From NCBI GenBank assembly GCA_965240325.2, contig OZ251240.1, positions 1,240,001 to 1,304,000 of the forward strand: a DNA stretch of 64,000 nt, read 5' to 3'. This document shows, piece after piece, positions 33,413-45,556 of this stretch. Below the pieces are notes generated by a model, which was not told the DNA's origin, made no database searches, and was given only the letters and a program-made list of their open reading frames with translations. This DNA comes from Rebecca billardiae RCC1528 (lineage: Eukaryota > Protista > Haptophyta). The position numbers and the translations under genes were made by a program. Within the stretch, counting starts at the first letter, position 1. Every line of letters begins with the position of its first letter.

Positions 33413-35611
33413 CTGATGCAGAGTGCACGGTACCTGGCTGGTATACTCTTCGTAGGTGGGTCCCTGGCGATTTTCCAGCGGTCTTTTAAACATTTACCGG
33501 GTTCTCTGGCCGGATTTCTTTCGCGCGGGGCGCGGCTCGGGAAAATCGCCGGGCCGCCGGCCGAGGTCCGATCTGAACGCTCCCGACGATGTCGGAGTGC
33601 CTCTCCAGCGCGACCGAGCCGCCGTGTGTCGGGTAGACTACTGCCAACACCTATCGCGCGCTCCAGCGCTTTGCGCGTGCTCACGGATGGGATCCGTGGT
33701 CACACATCCCCCGCCTGGCACGTGCCCGCATGTTTGACTCTCGCCCGGCTAGACGCGTACAGACAACTTGAATCGATCGGCAGGTGTTCGACCCGTGCCT
33801 TCGAGCAGGGTCACTTTTCGCTACAGGCGGGTCAGGCGACGGGAGGCATGGGTCACCATCAGGCATGTGCATACTCTTGACGCTCCCGCCATCTTGAGCA
33901 GCTCTACGCACCGTGAAGGTGACAATTGGGCTGCGCGCAAGCTGCTCGTGAGAACGCACGACAGCCAGCCCCGGGCTCTCGGGGAGCCATGTGAGCGATT
34001 GGCGACTTCCGAGAGGGCGTGTTTGGTGGGGGTTGGTACCAATCATCGACCAGCAGGCCTGGGATGGGTGCACTGAGGACTTGGGATGCTGAGAAGCCGC
34101 CGCGATGTGCATCGAGCACGCTGACTTGCCATCCGTGTGCACGATCAAGCGCCAGGAAGATCAGCAGGGCCTTTGACAGCGGCAGCAGGCGCTCAGCGAT
34201 CCTTCCCTATGCCGAGTGTGGGCATAATATGCGGTGCTCGAGCGTGGTCGCAGGATATGGGTCCATTCTTGACAGAACGCGGTCGCGTTGACAGGCGCGG
34301 GTGCCACCCCACGCTGTTGCTCCTGCCATCGGGTGGTCCCACTCGTTCCGCTTGTTATCTGCGAAGACTCGTACTCAGCAAATCTACGGCTAGGCGTGGT
34401 CGACCCCTCAGACGCATGTCTGATGATTGCCCAGCACGTTCTCGTCGTCACGTTGGGTGTACTTGAGCGAGCGGAAGCCGCAACGTGATGGCTAGGCCAG
34501 CAGCTCAACCATCTGACGTCTCGCCGGCCAACTGGCTGAGTGCTCTCAGCCTAGCAGCAGCGTCGGTGAACCTATCGTATTGCTGCCTGGCAAGAAGATT
34601 GTAGGAGGTATCGTCCACGGCATGGGCTGCAGCTGCGGTAGTCGTGGACTGGTGGCGGCCTCACGCGGGTGGGCATACGACGACCGGTGACACGCGGAGT
34701 ACGAGCACGCGGAGCACGGAAGCCGCCGAGCGCGGCAAGCTCCGGCGGTGGCGTTGGCTGATAGTCCAGCCTCGACGGCGGAGGGCTCCCGTGTGACGAC
34801 GGTGGCATGCTCGGTGGCGGGCGATGATGCGTGCCTCGGCATGCAGCCCGCCACAAACACTGCCACTCGCAGGCAGTCCGGTTGCGGCCCGGTTTGCCTG
34901 TGTCCGCGTCGCTCGGCGCCTATTCGATGACCCAACAAACGTACCCACATATCGGAACGAATTTGAATATATAGTGAGCCACATCCACGGTCAATATAAA
35001 GTGGGTAACCGTCGTTCTATATACGGGTAATTGGTATATACAAAGTGGGTAATCTGCTCGATCTTGCTGTAGTTTGTTGGAGGTATCCGCGCACAGCATA
35101 GAGCCCCACTCTTTGCTTCATAAAATGGTTCGGTCGGGTGTCAACGGTTGCCAATAAGTCGTTCCGATCGCATGTCGCCATCTAGCCACCATAACCATCA
35201 AGTAACGCTTCGCAAAATCTCTATGTGACACTAGTGGCGCGGCGCGCGCGCGCTCGGCCGCGCGACGGCACGCGGAGTAGGTTTTGAGGTCGAAACTTTT
35301 GCTCCGCCCCGATGGGACGCATTTATAGCGTCGATTCTGGGTGAGAGACGAAAGCTAGGACGCCATTCTGAGTGCGCCAGAACATCGCCCCAGTTGGGAG
35401 GGACCCACCTACTCTTCGCCATCCGCCATCGCACTCGCTTCATTCACGGTTATATATATTCACTGATTCACGCGAGGGTGCCCGCCCGGATGGCGGATTG
35501 ATACTCTCTCCTCTGAGTCTCTCGCGGGCCGAGCGATCGGATGCGGAGCAGCAGCCGGGCGCAGCCTCCGGAGCAGTGAGAGACGAGAGTACCAGACAGG
35601 TCAGCTGCTAC

Positions 35612-36936
35612 TCAGTCAGCTGCGGCAGATGATTGCGAGCCCCCTAGCCGTGCTGCCTGTGCCGCGCACCACGCGTTGCAGTGGGGCTTGTGCACCTTCC
35701 ACGAGCTGCGCAGGTGCTCACGCGAGCAGAAGACCGCCACGTGGCACCGCTCGCACTTCTTGAGACCACGGCCTGTCCGTGCGCAGGCGATGCAGCACTG
35801 GGAGACCACCTCGCGCTCTCCAGCTGCCACAGCCAGCGCATGGCACGCTCGATCTCTGAGGCTGGGATCGAGCTCTTGGCCACGGCGCAGCAGCCGCGCG
35901 CCCTCCTCCACGTCACGCTCCACCAACGCACCCACCAGCATCAGTGCTCCCAGCGCGAGGTGTGCATCTGCGCTCCCGCCGTCAATAGCCAGACGGAACC
36001 AGCGCGTCGCCTCGCTGAGATCGATCGACACGCCCTCTCCATACGAGTAGTGCATGCCCAGATGGTACTGCGCTGCCGCATCGCCCTGCTCTGCTGCCAG
36101 CCGGTACCAGCGCACTGCCTCGCCCCAATCCTGCTGCACACCCTTGCCGTGCTCGTAGCACAGGCCCAGATTGAACTGCGCTTGCACATAGCCCTGCTCA
36201 GCCGCCAGCCGGTAACAGCGCACCGCCTCGCCCCAATCCTGCTGCACACCATTGCCACGTGCGTAGCACACGCCCAGATTGCACTGCGCATCAGCATCGC
36301 CCTGCTCGGCCGCCAGCCGGTACCAGCGCACTGCCTCGCCCCAATCCTGCTGCACACCCTCGCCATGTGCGTAGCGCATGCCCAGATTGTACTGCGCGGG
36401 CGCATCACCCTGCTCGGCCGCCAGCCGGTACCAGCGCACCGCCTCGATCCAATCATGCTGCACACCCTTGCCTTGATCGTAGCACACGCCCAGATTGCAC
36501 TGCCCTTGCGCAAAGCCCTGCTCGGCTGCCAGCCGGTACCAGCGCACTGCCTCGCCCCAATCCGGCTGCACACCCTTGCCTTGCGTGTAGCACGCGCCCA
36601 GGTTGCACTGCGCTTGCGCAACGCCCTGCTCGGCTGCAAGCCGGAACCAGCGCGCTGCCTCAGCCCAATCATGTTGCACACCGTTGCCTTGATCGTAGCA
36701 CGCGCCCAGATTGCACTGCGCTTCTTGCCTGCCACGTAGACGTCACCCACCCTCACCTGCGCATCGGCAAAGCCGCGCTCGGCGGCGAGGGTGTACAGGC
36801 GAAAGGCTTCGCGCTCGTCCTGCGCGATGCCGTCGCCAACCTCAGCTCGCTCCGCCAGAAGGAACGTCGCACGCGCGTCGCCGCGCCCCGACTTGCGCCA
36901 GAGGAGACCGACCGCCGCGGAAGCGTTCGTCGCCAT
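35612..36936 (-). CDS. SEL1-repeat protein with C-terminal MYND-like finger; frame break near 36716-36756
   Basis: At least six near-identical 36-aa repeats WGEAVRWYRLAAEQGDADAQCNLGVCY. C-terminal CIACARTGRGLKKCERCHVAVFCSREH...HKPHC. Confidence 0.88.
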
Positions 36937-37225
36937 TCTGTTTTCTACCGGGATGACTCGGCGTGCGTCACAGCGTCAGCCCTCGTCGGCGGAGCTTGTT
37001 CCCAGAAATTGTTTTGCCGTTATTGGCGGAAACGGGAAATAAGCGCAGCACGACTCGTCCGTAGTCTCCGGACGGACGCACCCAGCGCGCACTGGCACTC
37101 GGGTCGACGCGGGAGCAAGCTGCCAGAGAGCAACCGTTCGCCACCAGCGTCAACGCCATGAGCCCAGCCGAGGCCGCTGCCGCGCCCGCCCGACGACGCC
37201 CGACTCAAGGGCCCGCTCTCATGAT

Positions 37226-38324
37226 TCATTCCTTGTACAGGTCGTATCTGATGATGTGCGCGAGCACCGCCGCGGGGATCAGCCCCTCGACCATCGAGTA
37301 ATTCCGCCCGCTCAGCTGCTCCAGCTCGCGCTCGCCGAACTTGTGCTGCTGCGGCACGTAGCTCGACGAGCGCTTGGTCAGCGCCTCCGGCGGCTGCTGC
37401 GGCACGTACGTCAGCCGCTTCCGGATTTCTGACGACGACATCTCCTGGCTGGCGAGCGTGAACGCGCCGCCGGGCGCCTCGAGCTCGATCGCCTTCGGAG
37501 GCAGCTCCTGCGCGCCGAGCTCGTACCCAGGCCTGCGCGCGGCGTGCGCGCGGGGCAGCGGCGACGGGCCGGCGCGGAGAGTCACGCGCGGGCGCGCACG
37601 CGAGCGCGCGCGTCGAGAACGCTCGACGTGCGCGAAGCCACAGCACCACGGGCGAAGCAAAAAGCGCCGCGCCGTCGCGGCGCCGGCCGGCCACGGCCAC
37701 GCACCTGCGGATGACGATGAACGCAATCTCGTCCCACAGCCGCTGGCCCTCGTCCCACTCCTTGAGGTGCGGCACCAGGTCGGACCTGGGCAGCGCCGCG
37801 GCAGCCAGCAGCGGCACGGCCGCGCAGGCGGCGCGGGGCGGCAGCAGCGGGGCGGCGAAGTCAGGCGCACAGCACAGTCCGCAGCTTGGCTCGGGCGCGG
37901 CAGGGCGGCGTGGGCGTGCGCGCCCCGCGCACCCGATAACAAAGAGCGGCTCGATGTCGGGCCGCTTCCTATTGAGCATCTGCAGCAGGTCCCACGTGGG
38001 CAGCGCCTTCTCCTCGTGCAGCTCAATGTCTGAGACTTTGACGGGGAATCCGGAGCCGAACGTGGTGTTGACGGCGAGGTGGCACATGAGCAGCCGGTCG
38101 AGCACGCTGCGCTTGAGGGACGGCTTGTCAGGGCGATTGCCGCACGGCACGAGCCAGACCTCCGCCGCCGCGCCGCAGTGCACGATCTCTGCCGCGCACT
38201 TGAGGTGCGCGTCGGTGATCGGATCAAAGCTGCCGCCCAGCAGGGCGACGCGCTTGCGCGGGATGCGTGGGCTCGAGGTGTCCCTCCCGGACTGTCCGGT
38301 CAGCATCTCGGCGAGCTGCTGCAT
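37226..38324 (-). CDS. Cytidylyltransferase-fold NMN/NaMN adenylyltransferase (NadD-like), spliced
   Basis: ALLGGSFDPITDAH, VWLVPCG.RPDK, FVIG|SDL, IVIR|RPGY, MSSSEIRKRL, V..HII...LY. Confidence 0.85.
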
Positions 38325-38555
38325 CGTGGCTGGGGGCGCGTGCCGGGCTCAGCGAGCCGCCCGGAGCACGCCGAGTGAGCACCCGCACGGCAGCCCTCCC
38401 GCCCAGTCGGCAGTCGTGGACGTCAAGCGCCAGCAACCCAGGAGGTCGCAGCGACCCAGCGACGACCCGAAAAAGACAAAGATGGGACTTCGTCGTCAAA
38501 GCAATTCGCATTTCGCGAGCACCCGCCGACGACGATTTGCCGAGGAGCACCGCGC

Positions 38556-39761
38556 CAAGGGCGGTAAGCTTCGACAGTACCACTACAGACGAATCAGGAG
38601 AGCTGCGCCCTCGTGCCTGTGTCTTTAAATCATAGAATTGGTAAGGGCTGTCAACTCCCAGTGGCGCCGAGTGGCGGAGGTTCCGTGCCCCTCAACTCGT
38701 GCGGCCTCGCGGCGCAGCGGCTAAGTCTCCTGGGGCGCCGCCCTGGAGGGCGCGTGGGGTGCGCACGCCGCGGGCTCATGCGCCCGCGGCAGCGGCCGCG
38801 GACACGGCGCGCGTGGTTGGTCGCCTGCTAGACAGCACGTAGTACCCTCCCACGCCGCGCGCCGCGCTCGCCGGTGCCCTCGCCGCGCCTCAGGCCAGCC
38901 GCGCACGCGCGCCGCGCCAATGGCCAGCCGTGGCCACGAGCCAGCCGCCGGCGCGCGCGCGGTGCGCGGTGCGGTCGGCGCGGGTCGGGCGCGCGCCCGG
39001 GGCGAGGCTCGCGTATGATGGGCGCGCGTCATGCCGCCTCGCGCCGCCGCGCTGACGCCCGCATGGGTCGGCGCGCACGCGTTTACATGCTGTCGAGTGT
39101 GCATTGCCATGTTTGAAAATGCTCACGTTGAGACGATCATGGGACGGCAGCGACGCGTGATAGACAAGCGCAGACCACTAATATGTGCACGGCCAGCCTC
39201 ATGTCATGGCAAGCAAGTCCCCGAGTGCCCGCGTTCGTCGCACTGATGCGCTCACAACCACTTATCCAAGCTCATTTCTGATGGCCGAGGAATGCTCGAC
39301 GAGCACTCTTCAGCAGCCGCGTGCAACGTGATCAAGCTCGTGGGTGGCGGCGCGAGGCGGCATGACGCGCGCCCATCATACGCGAGCCTCGCCCCGGGCG
39401 CGCGCCCGACCCGCGCCGACCGCACCGCGCACCGCGCGCGCGCCGGCGGCTGGCTCGTGGCCACGGCTGGCCATTGGCGCGGCGCGCGTGCGCGGCTGGC
39501 CTGAGGCGCGGCGAGGGCACCGGCGAGCGCGGCGCGCGGCGTGGGAGGGTACTACGTGCTGTCTAGCAGGCGACCAACCACGCGCGCCGTGTCCGCGGCC
39601 GCTGCCGCGGGCGCAGGAGCCCGCGGCGTGCGCACCCCACGCGCCCTCCAGGGCGGCGCCCCAGGAGACTTGGCCGCTGCGCCGCGAGGCCGCACGAGTT
39701 GAGGGGCACGGAACCTCCGCCACTCGGCGCCACTGGGAGTTGACAGCCCTTACCGCCCTTG
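38556..39761. mobile_element. Non-autonomous foldback element, 416-bp TIRs, CAAGGG termini, 7-bp TSD; left arm interrupted by a nested insertion
   Basis: 38556-39048, minus a 77-nt insert, is the reverse complement of 39346-39761. ACCGCGC lies at 38549-38555 and 39762-39768. Confidence 0.9.
38566..38639. mobile_element. ~74-nt dispersed repeat, copy 2, nested in a TIR arm
   Basis: Absent from the right arm. GGTAAG is duplicated at 38563-38568 and 38640-38645. Confidence 0.8.
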
Positions 39762-39821
39762 ACCGCGCATCGTGGCGGCCTCAGGTTGGCCAGCAGGGCG
39801 GACAATTGCGCGCGAGCAGCC

Positions 39822-40624
39822 ATGGGTGGCCTGCGCGACGCGCTGCGCTCGCTCGCCGCGTCCGCGGCGGCGGGGCTGGCTGCGACGCCGGTGATCATCG
39901 CGTTCACGGACAACGTCGCCACCATCGCATGCTGCGAGGGCCGCTCGATGCAGCCGACCATCAACCGCATCGGCGGGATGTCCGCCGTTGTGCTGCTCGA
40001 CAAGTGGAGCGGCCGCAGCAGCCGCTTCGACCGCGGCGACGTGGTCGTGCTCAACTCGCCGACGCACGACGGCAGCATGGTGCTCAAGCGCATCCTCGCG
40101 CTCGGCGGCGACTACGTCAAGCGCGCCGACGGGCGCGGCGAGCCGATTCACGTGCCCAAGGGCCACTGCTGGGTCGAGGGTGACAATCCCGCGGTCTCAC
40201 ACGACAGCAACGCGTTCGGGCCGGTGCGCGCGCCCGCGCCGCGCAGCGAGCGCCGCCAAGGGCCTCCGCGTCGCGCGGGCGCGGGCGGCGTGCGCCAACC
40301 CGCACACGCCGACTGTGCCGCCGCCCGCTCAGCCGCGCCTCCCCGCCGCGGCGCCGGCAGGTGCCTGTCGCGATGGTGAACGCTCGGGTCGTGTACAAGC
40401 TGTGGCCTCTCTCGGAGGTGGGCCCGGTGGAGCGGCTGTCCGCGCCTCCGAGCCGGGTGTGGCACCCAGGGCGGGACTATGGCGCGCTGACGCACCGGCC
40501 TGGCCCACCACCGACGTCGACGTCGCCTGCGTTCACCCACGGGCGCTTGGGCGGCGCTGCTGACGTGGGCGCGCTTGCGCCGAGTGTGGAGCAGCCTGCT
40601 GCGACGGCAGGCACGTGGAGATGA
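39822..40624 (+). CDS. IMP2: Mitochondrial inner membrane peptidase (S26, IMP2-like); one intron ending at 40360
   Basis: EGRSMQPT (catalytic Ser), RGDVVVL.SP, LKRILALGGD (Lys), VPKGHCWVEGDN...DSNAFGP|VPVAMV...KLWP. Confidence 0.88.
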
Positions 40625-40969
40625 TGAGCCGGGCGGGTGCTGCATCCTGTGCTGCCCAGCTGCCTGATAGACCGCTGCAGCCCCAGCCCGGCGGCGTTTA
40701 AGAGTCTGCTCGCAGCATGTGGCATCGGCGTAGTCGTCGACTAGATGTTCGCCTGCCTTGTGTACAATCGTCGCCCACGGTCATCGATCTTCATCTGGGC
40801 TCACTGGCTCCGGACTTTCAGCAGCAAGATTCTATCTCGAGCTCGCCAGTACGCTCACAATGTTCTGTTCGCCTTCTGCTTCTTGCTGGCCTTCTCGACG
40901 CCGCACGCCCTCATCAGCTTCCGAAGCGGACGTGGAGGCTGTGGAGTCGTGGACCGAAGCGTGACCACC

Positions 40970-41881
40970 ATGGCTACGAGGTCTGCACGCTGGACGCTCG
41001 CAGCGCTCGCGGCGCTGGTGGGCGGCGCGGAGGCGGCGCGGGTGCGCACGCCGTCGGCAATGCGGGCTCCCGCCCGCGCGCGCAGCGCACCCACGATGGC
41101 GGCGGACGGCGAGGTCGTGCTCGACGTGCAAGGGCTGTGCGCGTCGGTCGAGGGCACGCCCATCCTGAAGGGCGTGGACCTCAAGATCCGGAAGGGCGAG
41201 GTGCACGCGATCATGGGGCCGAACGGCTCGGGCAAGAGCACGCTCTCCAAGGTGCTCGTCGGCCACCACGCGTACGAGGTCACCGCGGGCAACGTCCAGT
41301 ACGAGGGGAAGGACCTCTTTGAGCTCGAGCCAGAGGAGAGGGCTCAGCAGGGCCTGTTCATGGCGTTCCAGTACCCGGTGGAGGTGCCCGGCGTGACGAA
41401 CGCGGACTTCCTGCGGGTCGCGCTCAACGAGAAGCGCGCCTCGCAGGGCCTCGACGAGATCAGCCCGCTCGAGTTCTTCTCGCTCGTCTCGACGAAGCTG
41501 CAGGACGTCGGCATGAACGCGGACTTCCTCAACCGCAACGTGAACGAGGGCTTCTCGGGCGGCGAGAAGAAGCGGAACGAGATCCTGCAGATGGTGCTGC
41601 TCGAGCCGACGATCGCGATCCTCGACGAGCTCGACTCGGGCCTCGACATCGACGCGCTCAAGGAGATCGCCGAGGGCGTGAACAACTACAAGTCGGAGGA
41701 CACGTCCGTGCTGATGATCACGCACTACCAGCGGCTGCTTGACTACATCAAGCCCGACTTTGTGCACATCATGAGCAAGGGGAAGATCGTGAAGACCGGC
41801 CCGGCGTCGCTTGCGCTCGAGCTCGAGGCGCAGGGCTACGGCTGGGTCACGAACGACGCGCCCGAGCCAGCTCTCGGCTGA
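40970..41881 (+). CDS. sufC: Fe-S cluster assembly ABC ATPase SufC (Ycf16), nuclear-encoded with a plastid-targeting presequence
   Basis: [77 protein letters not shown]. Signal peptide [22 protein letters not shown]. Confidence 0.95.
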   Translation: MATRSARWTLAALAALVGGAEAARVRTPSAMRAPARARSAPTMAADGEVVLDVQGLCASVEGTPILKGVDLKIRKGEVHAIMGPNGSGKSTLSKVLVGHHAYEVTAGNVQYEGKDLFELEPEERAQQGLFMAFQYPVEVPGVTNADFLRVALNEKRASQGLDEISPLEFFSLVSTKLQDVGMNADFLNRNVNEGFSGGEKKRNEILQMVLLEPTIAILDELDSGLDIDALKEIAEGVNNYKSEDTSVLMITHYQRLLDYIKPDFVHIMSKGKIVKTGPASLALELEAQGYGWVTNDAPEPALG

Positions 41882-42125
41882 GCGGGAATGATTTCGTGAG
41901 TGCGGCAGCCAGTGAGTCAGGCAATGTTGAACCGTATGACAGGGCCCTCAACTATGGCGGCAAGCCGCAAGAGGCCCTGGCCGCTCTGAGCGGGCCGCTG
42001 GCGCTGACCGGCGCGCCGGTAATAAAATATAAATGAGGCCGTGAGATGGCGGGTCGACAGCCGGCGCCCGGCGCCGCGCCGGTTTTTTCATACGCTCACG
42101 GTTACTCACCCGTGCAACGGGTCCT

Positions 42126-42637
<512 letters not shown>

Positions 42638-42860
42638 CGCAGTGTGTGTCGGTGTGTGCCTGTGAATGTGTGGCAGTGTGTGTATGTGTTTTTATTGGCG
42701 CATGACCCGCCGTCCCGCGCGGGGAACGCCGAACGCCCCTGAGCTAGGGCGAGAAGGGGGCGAATCTTTTTCGCCCAACCTGATGGGCGCCGTTTCAAAC
42801 CTGACAGTTATAGAGAGTGTGGCCGGCCAATAATATTCGACTCGCGGTGTCATTTTGACG

Positions 42861-45556
42861 ATGGCGCGCACACGATCCTGCCGTCAGCTTTACTGGGCCT
42901 TTTCTGTCCTGGCGCTCGCCTCCTCATCCCTCGAGGCCCAGCCGTCCGCATGCGCCCCGGGGTGCTCGCGCCACGGCACCTGCTACGAGCCCCTGGGCCG
43001 CTGCGACTGCCCCTTTGGTCGCACGGGCCCCACGTGCGTGCTCATCCGCGAGTGCGCGGCGCCCGGGACGGACTGCTTCACGCCGTGCTCGAGTGCCAAG
43101 CTCAGCATCCAGAGCTGCGAATGTGCGCGCAAGTGCTTTCCCCTCAAGTCCGAGCGCGGCATGCCCACGTGCTTTGAGCCCACCCAGCGCGCCCTGGACG
43201 CCCTGCCCCTCGTGAGCGAGGTCTCCCGGGGCGCTCCCGCGCCCAACACGTGCAACTTCAGCCACGCCAAGCTCATGGCCCAGATCCGCCCTGAGTCGTC
43301 CGACTGCGCAGTGGCCCTGACTGCCCCGAGCCCACGGTGCCCCTCGGCCTGCCGCGGGGGCTACTGCATGGACCTCCAGGCCTTTGACGACCGCATGCCC
43401 GGCGGGCCCGCCAACTGTGGGCCGCGGTGGGCACTCCCCCACAAGAACCGCGGCACGACGCTCCTGTGCCCCTGCCTCGCGGCGCCGGACGCGCTGGCCA
43501 ACGTGGACAAGCGCGTGATGGCGCTCCGCAGCACCGCCGGGGGCCCCGCCGCCGACTCGGCGTGCCCTGGCCTCGCGGCGGCGCGCAAGCAGCCCACGCT
43601 TAAGCCCTTTTGCTTTTCCGGGTGCTCGCTGCACGGCACGTGCGTGCACGACGGCTTCTGCCGCTGCGAGCGGGGCTTCTTCGGGCTCGACTGCGCGCTG
43701 ACCACGCGCGCCCACCTCGCCAGCCAGCCCGGCGCCCCCCCCGTGCCCCGGGGCGCCCGGCCCGCGGACGTGGTGCTCTGGTGGCGCCCCGAGGGCGACG
43801 CGGCAGCGCCCCGGCCGCGCATCTACGTCTACAACCTGCCGCCCGAGCACGTGGGGCACACCATGGCGGCGGACGCGTGGCCCCACGAGTACAGGCGGTG
43901 CGGGCCGCCAGGCATCGGGCGCGCGGTGGCGGGCCACGCGCGCGCCCGTGACCGGAGCGCCGGCATGCGAGACGGGTGCGAGGGTGGCACGTCGATTCAC
44001 GTGTCTGCATGCCCCCCCGCCTCCGCCTGCCCGCGCTCCCACCTGCTGCGACAGGCCCTACCAGTACACCCTCGTCGACCGCTTCCTCAACGCGCCCAAC
44101 CGCGTGGCCGACGCGGCCCTGGCGGACTTTTTCTTCGTCCCCGCCGTCGCCGCGCGCGCCTCGGGCGTGCGCGCGGCCAGCCTCTATGAGGTGATCCACC
44201 GCTGGCCGCACTGGAATGCCACGTCGGGCTACAACCACATTTGGATCGCCTCGTGCGCGCTCCGGGGGCGGGGCCGCGTGGGCGGGGGAGGGTGGCGGCG
44301 CTGGGTGCACGGGGGTGGGGGCCGGGGGGCTGGGCTGGGCTGCTCGTGCCGCGCTGCGCGCCTCCTCCCGCGCTCTGCCCCTCTGCGCGCGCGCGCGGGC
44401 CCGCGACTGATCGCGCGCGAGTGCCACGCGCGCCCCTGTCGGCCCGCGCGCGCCCCGCCGTGCGCCCAGGCGCGACGCTGGCTTCCACGAGTACTGGCCC
44501 GCGCACCTGCAGCCCGTGGGCGAGCCCCGCGCGCTGTCCGGCCCCGCCGTGCTGCAGCGTGTCCTGGACCGGTCAGTCGTCCTCTCCATCTCGGGCCACG
44601 AGCTCGGCGGCCCGGCGCGCCGGTGGGTGGACGTGGTCTTCCCGGAGAGCCTTCACCGCGACGGCCTCGTCGAACTGGCGCAGACCTACTCGCCCATGCG
44701 CGCCGCGCGCACGCGCGCCGCCCCCGCCGCGCGCAACGTGACCCTCTCCTTTGCGGGCATGGTGCGCGATGGCGACAAGATGCCCAACGGCCACTGCAAC
44801 GCGCGGTTCCTCGCCATCAAGCACCTGGGACGGGTGCCGGGCTTCAGCTTCCACAACCGCGGCGGCCGGGGCCAGGGCCGCGTGGACGGCCGCGCGCTCA
44901 CGCGCAGCTCCCACTTTTGCCTCTGCGCCACGGGCAACCGCGGGGGCTACGACGTGCGAGTCGTCGAGGCCGTGTACGCGGGCTGCATCCCCGTGATCGT
45001 GGACACGCACGCGACCGAAAAGTACGTGTGGCCGCTGGAGCAGCTGCTGCCCTACGACCGCTTCTCCGTGCGCGTGGCCTGCGCGGACCTCGCGGGCCTG
45101 CCCGCGCGCCTCGCCGCCATCTCGCCCGCGCAGCGCGAGGACATGCGCCGCGAGCTCCTCTGCGCGCGACGCGCCTTTGAGTGGTCCTCCGTCGACGGCA
45201 CCGTCGACATGGATCCGGCCAAGGACGGGCCGGGCGTCTTCGCCTCCGTGCTCGAGATCCTGCGCAGGCGCGTCGCCGATGGCCCGCTGCTGCACCAGCT
45301 CGACTCCGCCTGCGACTTTGATGGCGGCGCGGCGCGGCGTGCGCGCAGGCGCTGCGTGCACGCGCTCACAGACCCGACCGACATCCCGGACGGAGACCCG
45401 AGGCCGTCTTGCCGGACCCAGAAGGTCTTCGGGCGCCGGGGCGAGTTCCAGGAGGGCGGCCGGACGGGTACCAACCGCGTCTCCACCGCGCCAAAAGTGC
45501 GCTGGCTCGCGGGGGGGGCCGCGTGCGCAGGCCTGGCCACACCCCCGTGTGACTGA
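42861..45556 (+). CDS. Exostosin-family (GT47) glycosyltransferase with EGF-like domains; two introns
   Basis: Signal peptide, CSRHGTCYEPLGRCDCPFG and CSLHGTC..GFCRCERGFFGLDC EGF motifs, PRIYVYNLP, ADFFFVP, HIW, SHFCLCATG, RVVEAVYAGCIPVIV. Confidence 0.88.

Noticed and set aside
35200-35236. Helitron 3' end (CTAG|T)
   Set aside because: The subterminal hairpin is weak and no matching 5' end or Rep/helicase was seen.
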